From: Patescibacteria group bacterium
GTDB lineage: Bacteria; Patescibacteriota; Minisyncoccia; Phycocordibacterales; Phycocordibacteraceae
Assembly: GCA_018971045.1 (NCBI GenBank)
Contig: JAGWVF010000002.1
Coordinates: 1,133 to 65,132, forward strand
DNA length: 64,000 bases
Direction: 5' to 3'
Shown here one piece after another: positions 17,541-27,952 of this stretch (positions within the stretch are counted from its first letter, which is position 1; each line of letters starts with the position of its first letter). The notes under the pieces are model-generated. The model worked only from the letters and a program-made list of their open reading frames with translations. It had not been told where the DNA came from and did no database searches. The position numbers and the translations under genes were made by a program.

Positions 17541-18179
17541 ATGATAACGCTCAATGTAAAGCGGCGTACGGCTCCGGGTTCGACGCCCTGGGCGCTTCGC
17601 CGTGAAGGATCTCTCCCGGCGGTCGTGTATGGGGCTCACCAGCAGTCGACGCCGATCACGCTTGAGACGCGCGAATTCCAGAAAGTGTTCCGCGAAGCGG
17701 GCGAAGCGGCTATCGTGACGCTCGCGGGTCTCGGCCAGCCGGTCTCGGCGCTGATTCACGAGGTGGACTTCGATCCCGTCACGAACCACCTGCGCCACGT
17801 TGATTTCTATGCGGTGACCAAGGGCGAGAAAGTGGAGGTGGAGATCCCGCTTTCCTTTATCGGCGTGTCCGCGGCGGTTGATGCCGGAGCGAATCTGGTG
17901 AAGGTGGCGCACGAACTCGAGGTGAAGGCCGACCCGATGAACCTCCCGCACGCGATCGAAGTAGATCTCTCGGCGCTCGCGTCGGTAGACGATCGGATCA
18001 CTGCGGGAGATCTCAAACTCCCCGCCGGAGTTGAGCTCGTGGGCGACCCTGAGGAGGTGATCGCGCTCGCGCAGGAAGTAGTCGAAGAGAAGGCCGAGGC
18101 GGCGCCCGCCGATATCGGTTCGATCGAAGTCGAGAAAAAGGGCAAGGAAGAGGAAACGAAAACGGAAGAGGCGAAGTAA
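17541..18179 (+). CDS. rplY: 50S ribosomal protein L25 (Ctc form)
   Basis: N-terminal beta-barrel L25 signature (LNVKRRTAPGS...LRREGSLPAVVYG) plus Ctc-type acidic C-terminal extension. Confidence 0.85.
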   Translation: MITLNVKRRTAPGSTPWALRREGSLPAVVYGAHQQSTPITLETREFQKVFREAGEAAIVTLAGLGQPVSALIHEVDFDPVTNHLRHVDFYAVTKGEKVEVEIPLSFIGVSAAVDAGANLVKVAHELEVKADPMNLPHAIEVDLSALASVDDRITAGDLKLPAGVELVGDPEEVIALAQEVVEEKAEAAPADIGSIEVEKKGKEEETKTEEAK

Positions 18180-18192
18180 TGCGGCCCAAAAC

Positions 18193-18221
18193 CGCGCGGC
18201 CCGTACGGGCCGCGCGTTTTT
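18193..18221 (+). terminator. Rho-independent terminator after rplY (11-bp stem CCGCGCGGCCCG-TA-CGGGCCGCGCG followed by TTTTT)
   Basis: Near-perfect GC hairpin plus T-run, read directly. Lies inside the N-terminal part of the track ORF 18179, so the true start of the next gene is downstream (18236). Confidence 0.8.
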
Positions 18222-18223
18222 GC

Positions 18224-18238
18224 TATACTGCTTGGATG
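18224..18238 (+). promoter_or_regulatory. Extended -10 (TGCTATACT), 6 nt, then ATG: leaderless promoter for the 18236 gene
   Basis: TATACT at 18224-18229, then gcttgg, then ATG at 18236. Confidence 0.5.
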
Positions 18239-19585
18239 ATTCGGCGCGGCGCGAAAACATCTTTATTAGGAACGGCTCTTTTTTTGATCCTTGTTTTTTC
18301 GGCGAATCATACCGTTCGGGCGCAGGATCTTACGCCGAACGAGCGCGCCGCGCTCCAGGCGCAATACGATGAGCTCCAGAAGGAGATCGCCGCGCAACAG
18401 CAGATCATCACCGACACTCAAGCGAAGAAAAAGTCGCTTCAGGGCGACGTAACGCTCCTGAATGCGCAGATCGCCGCCGCGCAGGCGCAGATCGCCGCGA
18501 AGAATATCGTCATCACCCAGCTCGCCGCGCAGATCGCGCAGAAGACCGTCGTGATCAATCAGCTCACCGATCGCATCGACCGCGGCAAGGAGTCGCTCGC
18601 CTCGATCCTCCGCCAGGAGGATCAGATCGACAGCTTGTCAATCGTGGAGGTTGCGCTCTCTCGGAGCGACCTCTCGTCGTTCTATGCCGATGTCGACGCC
18701 TTTTTCTCATTAAAGACCAAGTTGCAGTCGCTCTTCACCGATATCCAGACCGCTAAAGCGCAGACCGAGACCGAGAAGGCCAACCTCGCGGAAAAACAGA
18801 ACCAGACCGTTGACGCCAAATACGTCGTCGAGACCAAGAAACAGCAGATCGTGAGCAATAAGACCGAGAAGCAGCAGCTCCTCGCCATTACCGCCAATCA
18901 AGAAGTCGAGTACAAGAAGGTTCTCGCCGATCGGCAGGCCCGGGCGGCGGCGATCCGTGCCGCGCTCTTCCCGCTCCGCGACGCCGCACCGATTCAATTC
19001 GCCGATGCGCTCGCCTACGCGAAGAAGGCGCAGGCAGAGACGGGTATCCGCCCGGCCTTCATCCTCGCGGTATTGACGCAGGAGTCGAATCTCGGCAGTA
19101 ACGTGGGTCAGTGCTATCTCGCCAACACCGTTACCGGCGCGGGAATCAATAAAAAGACCAATGCGCTCGTGTCGAATGTGATGAAGCCCGGCCGCGATAT
19201 TCCTCCCTTTGTCGACTTGGGGACGCGTCTCGGCTTCGATCCCTTGAAGCAGGTCGTCTCCTGTCCGCAATCAAGCGGGTGGGGAGGCGCGATGGGTCCG
19301 GCGCAGTTCATCCCCTCCACGTGGCAGCTCTACGAGAGCCGCATCGCCTCGGTTACCGGTCACGCGGTGCCGAACCCGTGGGCGGCCGACGACGCGATCG
19401 CGGCGATGTCGGTGTACTTCGACGATCTCGGCGCGGGCGCGGGCGGCTATACGGCCGAGCACACCGCCGCGGCCAAGTATTATGCCGGCGGCGCATGGGC
19501 GACGGCCGGAAGGAGCTACGCGAACAGCGTGATGGCGCTCGCCGAGTCGATCCAGAACAATATCGACTTCCTGGTGAATAATTAG
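18236..19585 (+). CDS. Secreted coiled-coil protein with C-terminal lysozyme-like / lytic-transglycosylase-like domain
   Basis: Signal/TM (LLGTALFLILVFSANHTVRA). Long Q/A-rich coiled coil. C-terminal ...AFILAVLTQESNLG...GPAQFIPSTW resembles the SLT catalytic E-S motif and substrate-binding region. Confidence 0.45.
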   Translation: MIRRGAKTSLLGTALFLILVFSANHTVRAQDLTPNERAALQAQYDELQKEIAAQQQIITDTQAKKKSLQGDVTLLNAQIAAAQAQIAAKNIVITQLAAQIAQKTVVINQLTDRIDRGKESLASILRQEDQIDSLSIVEVALSRSDLSSFYADVDAFFSLKTKLQSLFTDIQTAKAQTETEKANLAEKQNQTVDAKYVVETKKQQIVSNKTEKQQLLAITANQEVEYKKVLADRQARAAAIRAALFPLRDAAPIQFADALAYAKKAQAETGIRPAFILAVLTQESNLGSNVGQCYLANTVTGAGINKKTNALVSNVMKPGRDIPPFVDLGTRLGFDPLKQVVSCPQSSGWGGAMGPAQFIPSTWQLYESRIASVTGHAVPNPWAADDAIAAMSVYFDDLGAGAGGYTAEHTAAAKYYAGGAWATAGRSYANSVMALAESIQNNIDFLVNN

Positions 19586-19738
19586 CAATACTCAAGAATC
19601 TCTGATATAATTTAAAACAGATAACTGGATTCCCTCGGGCATCTGCCTGAAGCCGGTTATTTGGGCGATGGGCGAAGGGGCAACCCGAAGTTCATTGAAA
19701 GTGTGTAACGCGCGATCGTATGATCGCAAGGAGCTATT

Positions 19739-20857
19739 ATGCGCAAGCAAATCGAGCACCGCGCTTCCTTCGGTCGCGCGGCAAATAAGTACAAGAGGTT
19801 CATCATCGGCGGAGCGGTAGCGGTATCTGCCGCTCTCATACTCGCCGCCTGCGGAGGCGGCGGGGCGGATCAGAGCCAGCAGGCGCCCTCAAGCGTCTCC
19901 GCCGGCCCGCCCGGGCCGGGTGGGCCGGCCTCAGCGCCGGCCCCCGCGACGATTTTGACCTTGTCAGCTTCATCTATGAGCTGTGTCGCGGACGCGGGCG
20001 CAAAGACCTGTTCCGTATCGCTTACGGCGACGACGAATAACGCCGCCGTGAAGTCGCTCTCCATCACGGGGAGCGACGGCGAGGCGCTTACCGCCCAGCC
20101 GAATACGGCAGTTGCCGTCTCTCCGGCGATCGGTCAGGTAACCTACCAGGCGACGGGCGGCGGGGCCACAAGCAACGCCGTTACCGTCGCAGTTACCTGC
20201 GCGAAGGGCGTCAATCAGGCGACGGGAGCGTGCATGTCGCCGGTGCTTCTTCCCGACAGATCGTATGATGTCATCATGGCGATTGGATCGTGGCCGTACA
20301 TCATCGACAAGGACGGCTTCCATAAGTCGGCGAACAAGACGTCGGTAACAAGGGCCGCGATCCCGATTTCCGTCTGTTTGGGGGCTGAAGAAGTGGATGC
20401 CGATGGCATGTATCCGCTCCTCTGCAAGAGAGGAGATAATTTTCAGTTGGATACCTTTGCGCTCAATCCGGTGGACAACAGCATATGGGACTACGATAAG
20501 AACAAGCTCCCGCCGGGCTATGAGTTCAGCTACGATAAAAATGTCGGCTGGTCGTTTGGGCCGAAATGGCATGGGTGTCAGAGATATTGCAGTGTTCTTA
20601 CGGGAGATTGGGGGACTCCCCCGGCTTCGTATACGTCTACATGGGCTTGGGACGGCAACGGCGGTTTGTATTTTACGCCAGACGGCGGACCCTTCCCGGG
20701 TCTTGACGTTGGCGCGAATGAGGCCATGCTCCACGTATTCTACAAGGATACTTCCGGCAAGGTGACCGATCTCGGTTCCGTCCCGGGGGTTCCAGGGGGG
20801 AGTGGAGGGTATATCATTCCGATGTTTATGATGAGATTGACATACCATCAGAATTAG
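19739..20857 (+). CDS. Hypothetical lipoprotein (lipobox LILAAC), 372 aa
   Basis: SD aaggag 7 nt before the ATG. Signal peptide with Cys lipobox followed by a Gly-rich linker. No known domain recognised. Confidence 0.5.
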   Translation: MRKQIEHRASFGRAANKYKRFIIGGAVAVSAALILAACGGGGADQSQQAPSSVSAGPPGPGGPASAPAPATILTLSASSMSCVADAGAKTCSVSLTATTNNAAVKSLSITGSDGEALTAQPNTAVAVSPAIGQVTYQATGGGATSNAVTVAVTCAKGVNQATGACMSPVLLPDRSYDVIMAIGSWPYIIDKDGFHKSANKTSVTRAAIPISVCLGAEEVDADGMYPLLCKRGDNFQLDTFALNPVDNSIWDYDKNKLPPGYEFSYDKNVGWSFGPKWHGCQRYCSVLTGDWGTPPASYTSTWAWDGNGGLYFTPDGGPFPGLDVGANEAMLHVFYKDTSGKVTDLGSVPGVPGGSGGYIIPMFMMRLTYHQN

Positions 20858-20971
20858 AAGTGAATCGAGAAGAGGCGCTGTGGTCTCCGCTATCCACACG
20901 CCTCTCTCTGTTTCTTACGTTAAAGAGGTACACTGTGTCCAGTATCCTTTAATCTTAAACTATTAAGAACA

Positions 20972-23896
20972 ATGAACTGCCGGTTCTCGAAGAACTCCAT
21001 GCGCCGTCTTTCATATCTCGGATTCTTCTTTCTTGCGGTACTGTTTTCTCTCGCGGGTAGCCGGCAGGCGCTCGCCTACGGACCGACCAACATAATAACG
21101 CGCGGCGCTCCCGCGACCATTAATTATACCGTTACCGGCTCTACCGATTGCACGGGCTCTTTTAGCAGTAGCGCGCCGTTCAATTTATATCCGAATAATG
21201 CAGGAGACAACGTAAATACAGTATGGTTTGGTGTTCATGGAGGGCCAAGCGGGTCGGTTCCCCTCGGTAATGTAAACGGCAACCCCGCCGGTCCATGGCC
21301 GCAGACGTATCGCTTCGTCTGCACCAACACATCATCCGGCGCTTCTGACTACGCCGATCTGCAGATTAACGATTGCGCGAACGGGACACAGTGGAATGGG
21401 TCCGCGTGCGCAGCCATCGGCGCCCCCACGGTGAATCTCAGCTTCTCCAATACCCCGACGGACAATAACCTCAACAAAACCATCACCGATGGCGGATATA
21501 TCGACCTCTCTTTCTCCGGCACCGGCACCGCAGTCTCCTGCCAAGTGATGTATTCAATGGACGGGGGAGTCACCTATCCAAACACCCTTCTCGCGAAGGG
21601 CGCGACGCTAACGGGTTCCTGGCTGAACTCCGGTCCGTATGATCTTGGACACTTTGGCAACGGCGTCTACTGGCAGGCGACCTGCTGGAATGCATCGAAC
21701 GTGTCTTCATCCAAGATAGCGCATCTCACGATTAATCCGGCGGCTTCCACCCAATGCTATAACCCGAACGGTTCCTTGACCGGTAGCGTTATCCCACCCG
21801 CTCAATGCCCGACATGGACGGAATACTGCACGCCATGGAACGACCCGAATCCGTATCAGCGGTGGGCGTACGATAATTCATCGCCGGTGAATTACGTGCA
21901 TGTCCCCTCGAAGGATAATCTCTGCAATGCGAGTTGCTCAAGCGCGGCGAACTATGGCGGGGCCCATTGCGATCTCTCTGGCCCGACCGCTTCAGGCGGC
22001 GCGTCGGGTTCATGTTCTCCCGGCTACACGCAAGGTGCGTGCTCATATCGCTGCGACAACGGTTCTTGGACGCAACTCAATAATACCTGTGCCCAACCCT
22101 CCGCCCCCTCCACTCCCACCGGCATCTGGGCAGGGCCAGCCGCCTGCGGCACCAATGCGATCAATCTCTCCTGGAACTCTTCTTCAGGCGCAACCGGCTA
22201 CCGCGTCTATCGCAATGGCTCCCTTGTCAAAGACACGGCGGCGCTCGTTTGGCAGGATACTGGCCTCACTGCCGGACAGTACTACACCTACACCGTCTCG
22301 GCATACAGCGGCGCAGGCGAGTCAATTAAAGGAGGAACATCTCCCGCCCAGACCCAGGCACCGGGCGCTTGCGTAGCCGGACTCCTCACTCTCAATGTGG
22401 ACGGAAAAGTGAACGGAAATCCGGCCTCGTGCTCCGCGTCCGGCAACATTGGCGGATCATGTACGGTGTGCACGATCGCGGACGGCGCGTCGAGCTGTCA
22501 GGCGTCTCCGGTCTCTTTGACCAACGTATCCGGTTCCGCAACGTACTACTATCAAGCGAATACGTGGAACACTATGTTGGTGTCACCCGCTTATACGTAT
22601 AATCCGGGTGGTTTTTGGTTCAATACAGCGGGCGAGATTCAGTACGGAACGCACCTCGTGAAGCTCTGCACCGACTCGTTCTGTTCAGCCGCGGGCGACC
22701 CGATCATCTCGATGAACCTGACCGCGACATGCGGCGCGTCATCATCGTGGGTCGGAGGGAAATGCGTCGCGAGTGCCCTTCCGGATCTCACCGCCGGATC
22801 CGTGAGTCCCGTGCAAGCCAGTACCGGAGTGAGCTTCAACGCGACCGCCGTCGTGACCAATATCGGCGCCGCCTCGACAGTCACGGGCTTCAAAGATCTC
22901 TTGCAGATCGCGAATGGAGGCCTTGACGCGAATGGTAACGGCGTCAATGTGAGCGATTCAGGCGTCTATAATCAGGCGACGCCGCTTGTTGCGGGAGGTA
23001 CTGGTACGGCCAGTTTTCCGGTCCAATTTAATAGCGCCAACACCTACTATCTCCGTGTCTGCGCCGATAAATCATCCGCAGCCGATGCGAATGGAGCCAT
23101 TCCTGAATCCAACGAGAATAATAACTGCGGCGCATGGACGCCGATAATGGTCTCCGGCGCTATCCCCGGCTCCTGTTCGGCGACAACCAAGGAGAATTGT
23201 GTTCTCCAACAGACTCCGCCAGCGGGCACGTCGGGCGCCTGCGATGCCGCGAATGGCTACACGCTCGGGAACTGTTCATATGTGTGCAGCAACACGGGCA
23301 ATGGCGCATGGACTCCTTTCATTCCGAATACCTGCGCCAAGCCGGCCGTGGTGCATCTCTATGCCAACAATACGGCAGGCTCGCTCGACGTGTCTCAAGG
23401 GACGCCTATAACGCTGACCTGGAGCTCTGTAGGCGCGGCGAGTTGCCAGGGGATCGGCTTCGCGACGAATAATGGCGCGGCGAACAATATGAATCCGGGA
23501 GTCCTCGTCAGTCAGGGCATCGGTTCTCAAAGTTATGAGGTTGATTGCTTCGACGGCAATGGTACGAAGGTCGGATTCGACACCGTCTCGGTGAATGTGG
23601 GCGGTTCGGACATCACGTTCACCGCTCTGCCGGGCCGCGTAACAGTCTCAAATCCGAACGTAACCGTGTCCTGGCATGTGAAGAACATGAGCGGCGCCTG
23701 TACGCTTACGAAGAACGAAGTCGCGGTGGCGTGGCCCGGCCTCGCGCCAAACGTCGCCCCCAACGAGGCGCAGGGTAGCCATTCTGACGCCGTCTCTTCC
23801 CACACGATCTACAAGATTTCCTGCCCGAAGGTCGGCGGCGGCCAACTGTCCGGCCAAGCGATCGTGAACATTTCCGGCATCTTTACGGAGTTCTAG
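20972..23896 (+). CDS. Large secreted Cys-rich protein (974 aa) with FN3-like domain, CARDB-like domain and two copies of an internal Cys-rich module
   Basis: Signal peptide. FN3-like segment ([11 protein letters not shown]...[15 protein letters not shown]). CARDB-like ([12 protein letters not shown]...VVTNIGAAS). Repeated module [29 protein letters not shown] versus [35 protein letters not shown]. Confidence 0.5.
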   Translation: MNCRFSKNSMRRLSYLGFFFLAVLFSLAGSRQALAYGPTNIITRGAPATINYTVTGSTDCTGSFSSSAPFNLYPNNAGDNVNTVWFGVHGGPSGSVPLGNVNGNPAGPWPQTYRFVCTNTSSGASDYADLQINDCANGTQWNGSACAAIGAPTVNLSFSNTPTDNNLNKTITDGGYIDLSFSGTGTAVSCQVMYSMDGGVTYPNTLLAKGATLTGSWLNSGPYDLGHFGNGVYWQATCWNASNVSSSKIAHLTINPAASTQCYNPNGSLTGSVIPPAQCPTWTEYCTPWNDPNPYQRWAYDNSSPVNYVHVPSKDNLCNASCSSAANYGGAHCDLSGPTASGGASGSCSPGYTQGACSYRCDNGSWTQLNNTCAQPSAPSTPTGIWAGPAACGTNAINLSWNSSSGATGYRVYRNGSLVKDTAALVWQDTGLTAGQYYTYTVSAYSGAGESIKGGTSPAQTQAPGACVAGLLTLNVDGKVNGNPASCSASGNIGGSCTVCTIADGASSCQASPVSLTNVSGSATYYYQANTWNTMLVSPAYTYNPGGFWFNTAGEIQYGTHLVKLCTDSFCSAAGDPIISMNLTATCGASSSWVGGKCVASALPDLTAGSVSPVQASTGVSFNATAVVTNIGAASTVTGFKDLLQIANGGLDANGNGVNVSDSGVYNQATPLVAGGTGTASFPVQFNSANTYYLRVCADKSSAADANGAIPESNENNNCGAWTPIMVSGAIPGSCSATTKENCVLQQTPPAGTSGACDAANGYTLGNCSYVCSNTGNGAWTPFIPNTCAKPAVVHLYANNTAGSLDVSQGTPITLTWSSVGAASCQGIGFATNNGAANNMNPGVLVSQGIGSQSYEVDCFDGNGTKVGFDTVSVNVGGSDITFTALPGRVTVSNPNVTVSWHVKNMSGACTLTKNEVAVAWPGLAPNVAPNEAQGSHSDAVSSHTIYKISCPKVGGGQLSGQAIVNISGIFTEF

Positions 23897-23957
23897 CGGG
23901 CGGCGCGCGGACAAAGAAGAATTGTATTTAGCGCGGCCGCGTGCTAGTATCAGCGGG

Positions 23958-24212
23958 ATGAAAAAGGATATCCATCCGGACACGTATCGCCAGGTCATTT
24001 TCGAAGACATCGCCTCTGGCGCGCGGTTTCTGATCGGCTCGACTGTCCGCACGACCGAGACCGCGAAGTGGGATGATGGCAAGGAGTACCCCAAACTCAC
24101 CGTCGAGATCTCTTCCAAGTCGCATCCCTTTTATACCGGCGAAGATCGCTCGCTCGATAAGGCCGGACGCGTTGAACGCTTCAAACAGCGCGCCGCTAAA
24201 AAGGCGAAATAA
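23958..24212 (+). CDS. rpmE: 50S ribosomal protein L31 (non-Cys type)
   Basis: [13 protein letters not shown]...HPFYTG signature. -10-like TAGTAT lies 7 nt upstream of the ATG. Confidence 0.88.
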   Translation: MKKDIHPDTYRQVIFEDIASGARFLIGSTVRTTETAKWDDGKEYPKLTVEISSKSHPFYTGEDRSLDKAGRVERFKQRAAKKAK

Positions 24213-24230
24213 CGCCTCACCGTGCGCCGA

Positions 24231-24305
24231 AACTAGGACATCCGATGTCCTAGTTTCATTTTTAGCTCGAGAAATAAAAGTTAGGACATCCGATGTCCTA
24301 ACTTT
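24231..24305. repeat. REP-B1 and REP-B2: two copies of the palindrome (C/T)TAGGACATCCGATGTCCTA(G/A) (cores 24233-24253 and 24281-24301)
   Basis: Perfect 21-nt palindromes read directly. Intergenic between rpmE and prfA. Confidence 0.85.
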
Positions 24306-24346
24306 TAGTATCGCTTTTTTGTGTGAATATCTGGTATCTTACGGAT

Positions 24347-25270
24347 ATGGAATACTCGCCAGAGTTTAAAAAGGATTTCGCCACGGCGTATCTCGCTGAA
24401 GAATATGAACGGCTCGAGAGAGAGGCGGCGGAGGCGCATGCTTCGGCGGGCGGCGACCCCGATCTTCTCCATCTGGCCGCCGAGGACGAAGCGCGAGTGC
24501 GCGCGCGGCAGTCCGAGATTCTCGCTGAGATCGAGCGGATCATGAAGAAGGATGAAGAGGAGATCGCGCGACCGACATCAATCGTGATGGAGCTGCGTGC
24601 GGGCGCTGGCGGCGGCGAAGCGGCGATCTTCGCCCGCGATCTTATGGCGATGTATCAGAAGTATGCCGAGAGTCACGGATGGAAGACGCGCGTCATCGAC
24701 GACCTCACGTTTGAGATCTCTGGCGCCGACGCCTATGACGCGCTCCGCTACGAGACCGGCGTACACCGAGTGCAGCGCGTACCGCTCACTGAGAAGTCTG
24801 GCCGAGTTCATACCTCGACCGCCTCGGTCGCAGTGCTTCCGATCCGTGCCAAGTCGATCATCGAGATCAATCCGGCCGATATCGAAATGGAATTTTCTCG
24901 AAGCGGCGGAGCGGGAGGGCAGAACGTGAATAAAGTCGAGACGGCCGTCCGGCTCATCCATAAGCCGACGGGTATCGACGTTCGATCTTCGAGCGAGCGC
25001 AGCCAACTCGCCAACCGCGAGAAGGCGATGCAGATCCTCACTGCCAAGCTCGAGATGCTCCATGAAGAGGAGGAGGCGAGAAAGCACGCGGCCGAACGCA
25101 AGGCGCAGATCGGCACCGGCGATCGTTCCGAGAAGATCCGTACCTATAATTATCTCCAGGATCGGGTAACCGACCATCGGATGAATGAATCGTGGCATAA
25201 CCTTCCCAAAATCATGGCCGGAAATATCGAACCGATTGTCGAGGCGCTCCACAAGCCCCAAGTCGAGTAA
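24347..25270 (+). CDS. prfA: Peptide chain release factor 1 (compact form, about 307 aa)
   Basis: GGQ motif ([18 protein letters not shown]). RF1-type PxT-like tripeptide region ([17 protein letters not shown]) is close to E. coli RF1. Start chosen at ATG 24347, which is preceded by the -10-like TATCTT plus 6 nt. Confidence 0.72.
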   Translation: MEYSPEFKKDFATAYLAEEYERLEREAAEAHASAGGDPDLLHLAAEDEARVRARQSEILAEIERIMKKDEEEIARPTSIVMELRAGAGGGEAAIFARDLMAMYQKYAESHGWKTRVIDDLTFEISGADAYDALRYETGVHRVQRVPLTEKSGRVHTSTASVAVLPIRAKSIIEINPADIEMEFSRSGGAGGQNVNKVETAVRLIHKPTGIDVRSSSERSQLANREKAMQILTAKLEMLHEEEEARKHAAERKAQIGTGDRSEKIRTYNYLQDRVTDHRMNESWHNLPKIMAGNIEPIVEALHKPQVE

Positions 25271-25296
25271 AGTTAGGACATCGGATGTCCTAATTT
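25270..25296. repeat. REP-B3 (TTAGGACATCGGATGTCCTAA at 25273-25293)
   Basis: Palindrome overlaps the prfA stop region. Lies immediately 3' of RAYT-B. Confidence 0.85.
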
Positions 25297-25302
25297 TTAG
25301 AC

Positions 25303-25956
25303 TCAGGACTTTAATTCGAATTCGGTACTTTGATTTGCTAAGTCGGGGTCACTCACAATCTCGCCAATCGTCTTCTCATATTTGAGTCGTGTACCGAGGA
25401 GCGGCTGTAATTCTTCACGGTAAATGAGCGAGGGGAAGTTCTTTACCCCGCTGTAGTCGAGATGACTGCTCCATCGATACTTCTCGAGGTGAGCGAGGGC
25501 ATCTGATACGTGGCGTACGCCACCCTTCCGCCACTCGGGCATAACGTAATCGAGCGGATTCAGATGTATATAAAAAGGCACGTAGAGGAAATGAGCGTTT
25601 CTCGAGATGAGTACCTTGCGGTACTTTCCTTGCCAGAGCGCGCCTGAACGTCCATAGCGCTCATTGAAGTATTTTGCATACCCCATATTCAATTTCTTCA
25701 TAAAGAGCGGAATGCCGTTTTCCGCGACTTCATAAACAAGGAGGTGGTAGTGATTTTCCATCAGACAGAAAGAGTGTATTCGCACTAGCGGAGAGCGTTG
25801 TGCGCGCTCCTCATGACGACCTGAAAGGATGTAATTCGGTGTTGCCGCACTATCGTTAAAAGCATAGAGGTCATGTATGAACCGGAGTCGATCATGATCG
25901 TCGAGCACGATAGAGCGTTTTTCGACTCCGCGTCCGATCAGGTGCCAAAAGTCCAT
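25303..25956 (-). CDS. REP-associated tyrosine transposase (RAYT, IS200-like HUH Y1), copy B, 217 aa; paralogous to RAYT-A
   Basis: HUH motif CLMENHYHLLV. Collinear similarity with the 5815..6459 product over the whole length (MDFxHxxxRGVxKRxxxLDDHDRxRFIHDL...GALWQGKY...YIHLNPLD...KYRWSSHLDY). Confidence 0.8.
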   Translation of the reverse strand: MDFWHLIGRGVEKRSIVLDDHDRLRFIHDLYAFNDSAATPNYILSGRHEERAQRSPLVRIHSFCLMENHYHLLVYEVAENGIPLFMKKLNMGYAKYFNERYGRSGALWQGKYRKVLISRNAHFLYVPFYIHLNPLDYVMPEWRKGGVRHVSDALAHLEKYRWSSHLDYSGVKNFPSLIYREELQPLLGTRLKYEKTIGEIVSDPDLANQSTEFELKS

Positions 25957-25962
25957 ATCCCT

Positions 25963-26058
25963 ATATTAGGACATCCGATGTCCTAACTTGCGGTTATGCA
26001 CGTGTTTTCGAAACTAGGACATCGGATGTCCTAATTTTTGTCCTAGTTCTGTGCCACA
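25963..26058. repeat. REP-B4 (25966-25986) and REP-B5 (26024-26044 plus an extra partial half-site)
   Basis: Two further copies of TTAGGACATCSGATGTCCTAA upstream of RAYT-B. Confidence 0.85.
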
Positions 26059-26109
26059 CGCCTCTCGAGGGTTGCGGAATAAGGGGAAATCGGATACAGT
26101 GGCGGGATA

Positions 26110-26805
26110 ATGACTACCGCTCAAACGGCAGAACTGAAGCGCCTCTTCGATACGGGGGCGCATTTCGCGCAGGTGAAGAGCCGCCGCCACCCCTCGATGA
26201 AGCCTTACTTGGTGGGCGCGAAGGGGCGTCAGGAGATCATCGATCTTTCGAAGACGCTCGAACAGATCGAGACCGCCAAGACCGTGATGGCGGCTCTCGC
26301 GAAGGAAGGGAAGACCGTTCTGCTTGTCGGCGGGAAGGTCGAGATTGCCGCCTTGGTCAAGAAGGCGGCGGAGTCGATCGGCGCTCCGTACGTCGCCGCG
26401 CGCTGGCTCGGCGGGACGATCTCCAATTGGAGCGAGATCAAGAAGCGCGTCGATCGGCTCGCCGATCTTACCGAGAAGGCGGCAACCGGCACTCTGGCGA
26501 AACAGCACACCAAGCTTGAGGTATTGAAGCTCGAACGCGAGAAGAAAAAGCTCGAGGAACGCCTCGATGGGATCACGATGATGGTCAAGAAGCCGGACGC
26601 GCTTCTGGTCGTCGATACCAAGCACGAGAAACACGCGGTGAAAGAGGCTCATGACGCGGGGATCCCCATCATCGCGATCATGAGTTCGGATTGCGATCTT
26701 CACGAGACTTCGTATCCGATTGTCGCGAACGACACTTCGCGCGAAGCGGTACGGCTCATCCTTTCGGAATTGACAGCCGCGTTTCAGAAAGGGCAGACCG
26801 CGTAA
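26110..26805 (+). CDS. rpsB: 30S ribosomal protein S2
   Basis: AHFAQVKSRRHPSMKPYLVG...IIDLSKT N-terminal S2 signature. 231 aa. Confidence 0.9.
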   Translation: MTTAQTAELKRLFDTGAHFAQVKSRRHPSMKPYLVGAKGRQEIIDLSKTLEQIETAKTVMAALAKEGKTVLLVGGKVEIAALVKKAAESIGAPYVAARWLGGTISNWSEIKKRVDRLADLTEKAATGTLAKQHTKLEVLKLEREKKKLEERLDGITMMVKKPDALLVVDTKHEKHAVKEAHDAGIPIIAIMSSDCDLHETSYPIVANDTSREAVRLILSELTAAFQKGQTA

Positions 26806-26880
26806 CCGTCTCGGCCCCTCTTCAGCCGCCTGAACAAGCAGGCTCTCAAGTGTTATTATTTTATTGGTACACCTCATCGT

Positions 26881-27462
26881 ATGGAAATAACGACGGACAG
26901 CATTAAGCAATTGCGGGAGATGACGGGCGTTTCGGTCATGCAGTGCAAAAAGGCGCTCCAAGAAGCGGACGGCGATCTCGAAAAGGCGGCAGTGATTCTC
27001 AAAAAGCACTCGGCCGCCTCGGCCGAGAAAAAGGCCGATCGCTCGCTTGCGGCGGGCACCATCGGCAGCTACACGCACGAGGGCGCGATCGGCGCCATGG
27101 TGCTTCTGTCGTGCGAGACCGATTTCGTCGCCAAAAATCCCGAATTTGCGTCGCTTGCGCGCGAGATCGCGATGCAGGTTGCCGCGACCGCGCCGGCCTA
27201 CACCTCTGCCGATGAGATTCCGCCAGAAGCGAAGCAGACCGCAATCGCCGTTTTCGAGAAGGAGCTTGAAGGAAAGCCGCTCGATATGCGGGCAAAGATT
27301 CTCGACGGGAAATTGGCGAGCTATTTCCGCGATCAAGTGCTTCTCGACCAGCCTTTCATTAAGGACGAGACCAAGACGGTTCGCGATCTCCTCCACGAGG
27401 CGACTCAGAAGTTCGGCGAGCGCGTCGAGATCACCCGCTTCACTCGTCTCTCGTCGCGCTAG
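26881..27462 (+). CDS. tsf: Elongation factor Ts (short form)
   Basis: N-terminal UBA-like IKQLREMTGVSVMQCKKALQEADGDLEKA. Follows rpsB, the conserved S2-Ts pair. Confidence 0.9.
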   Translation: MEITTDSIKQLREMTGVSVMQCKKALQEADGDLEKAAVILKKHSAASAEKKADRSLAAGTIGSYTHEGAIGAMVLLSCETDFVAKNPEFASLAREIAMQVAATAPAYTSADEIPPEAKQTAIAVFEKELEGKPLDMRAKILDGKLASYFRDQVLLDQPFIKDETKTVRDLLHEATQKFGERVEITRFTRLSSR

Positions 27463-27463
27463 T

Positions 27464-27865
27464 ATGCCGTCGCTCCTCCTTATTCTCGGTACGATCGCGC
27501 TTCTTGGCGGCTTTATCGCGATGACGGCATACGAGACGGGACGCGGCTCGCGCTTCTTCTCCGCGCGGCGCGCGCGCCTCGACCGGCTGGTCGAGCGCAT
27601 CAGCTTTATCATTGAGCATGTGGACTTCGCGGCGTTCTTGCGCGACGAACTGCGCCACCTTGCTCATCGGATCGGACACGACATCGCGCATCTCTCGCTG
27701 CAGATCGTACGCGCCATCGAGCGGATCCTGACGCGCCTCGTCCGCTCCTTCCGCGTGCGCGAGGCCGGCAGCGCGCCGCGCGAGAGTACGCGCGCGTTCG
27801 TGAAGACCTTGTCCGATTTCAAAGAACATCTGAAAGCGACCGCGCCGGAGATTCCGAAGATTTAA
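27464..27865 (+). CDS. Hypothetical small membrane protein (133 aa, one N-terminal TM)
   Basis: ATG 27464 lies 1 nt after the tsf stop. Hydrophobic N-terminus LLLILGTIALLGGFIAM. Confidence 0.4.
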   Translation: MPSLLLILGTIALLGGFIAMTAYETGRGSRFFSARRARLDRLVERISFIIEHVDFAAFLRDELRHLAHRIGHDIAHLSLQIVRAIERILTRLVRSFRVREAGSAPRESTRAFVKTLSDFKEHLKATAPEIPKI

Positions 27866-27874
27866 TTAAAACGC

Positions 27875-27947
27875 GCCGGGATAGCTTAGTCGGTAAAGCA
27901 ACGGTTTTGTAAACCGTAGACCGTCGGTTCGAGTCCGACTCCCGGCT
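27875..27947 (+). tRNA. tRNA-Thr (anticodon UGU), 73 nt, CCA not encoded
   Basis: Cloverleaf folded by hand. Acceptor GCCGGGA/TCCCGGC, D-stem GCTT/AAGC, anticodon stem ACGGT/ACCGT with loop TTTGTAA, T-arm GTCGG-TTCGAGT-CCGAC. Confidence 0.85.
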
Positions 27948-27952
27948 CCGCA

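Larger units (their letters stand above)
25270..26058 (-). mobile_element. REPtron B: REP-B3 / RAYT-B / REP-B4-B5
   Basis: RAYT paralogue bracketed by its own palindrome family. Further copies at 24233, 24281 and a variant at 30611. Confidence 0.75.

Noticed and set aside
24347-25270. Alternative genetic code (UGA recoding), suggested by the compact RF1 and absence of RF2 in the window
   Set aside because: TGA terminates several well-supported genes here (for example the giant protein at 5681-5683 and pheS). The standard code applies, and RF2 is presumably elsewhere.
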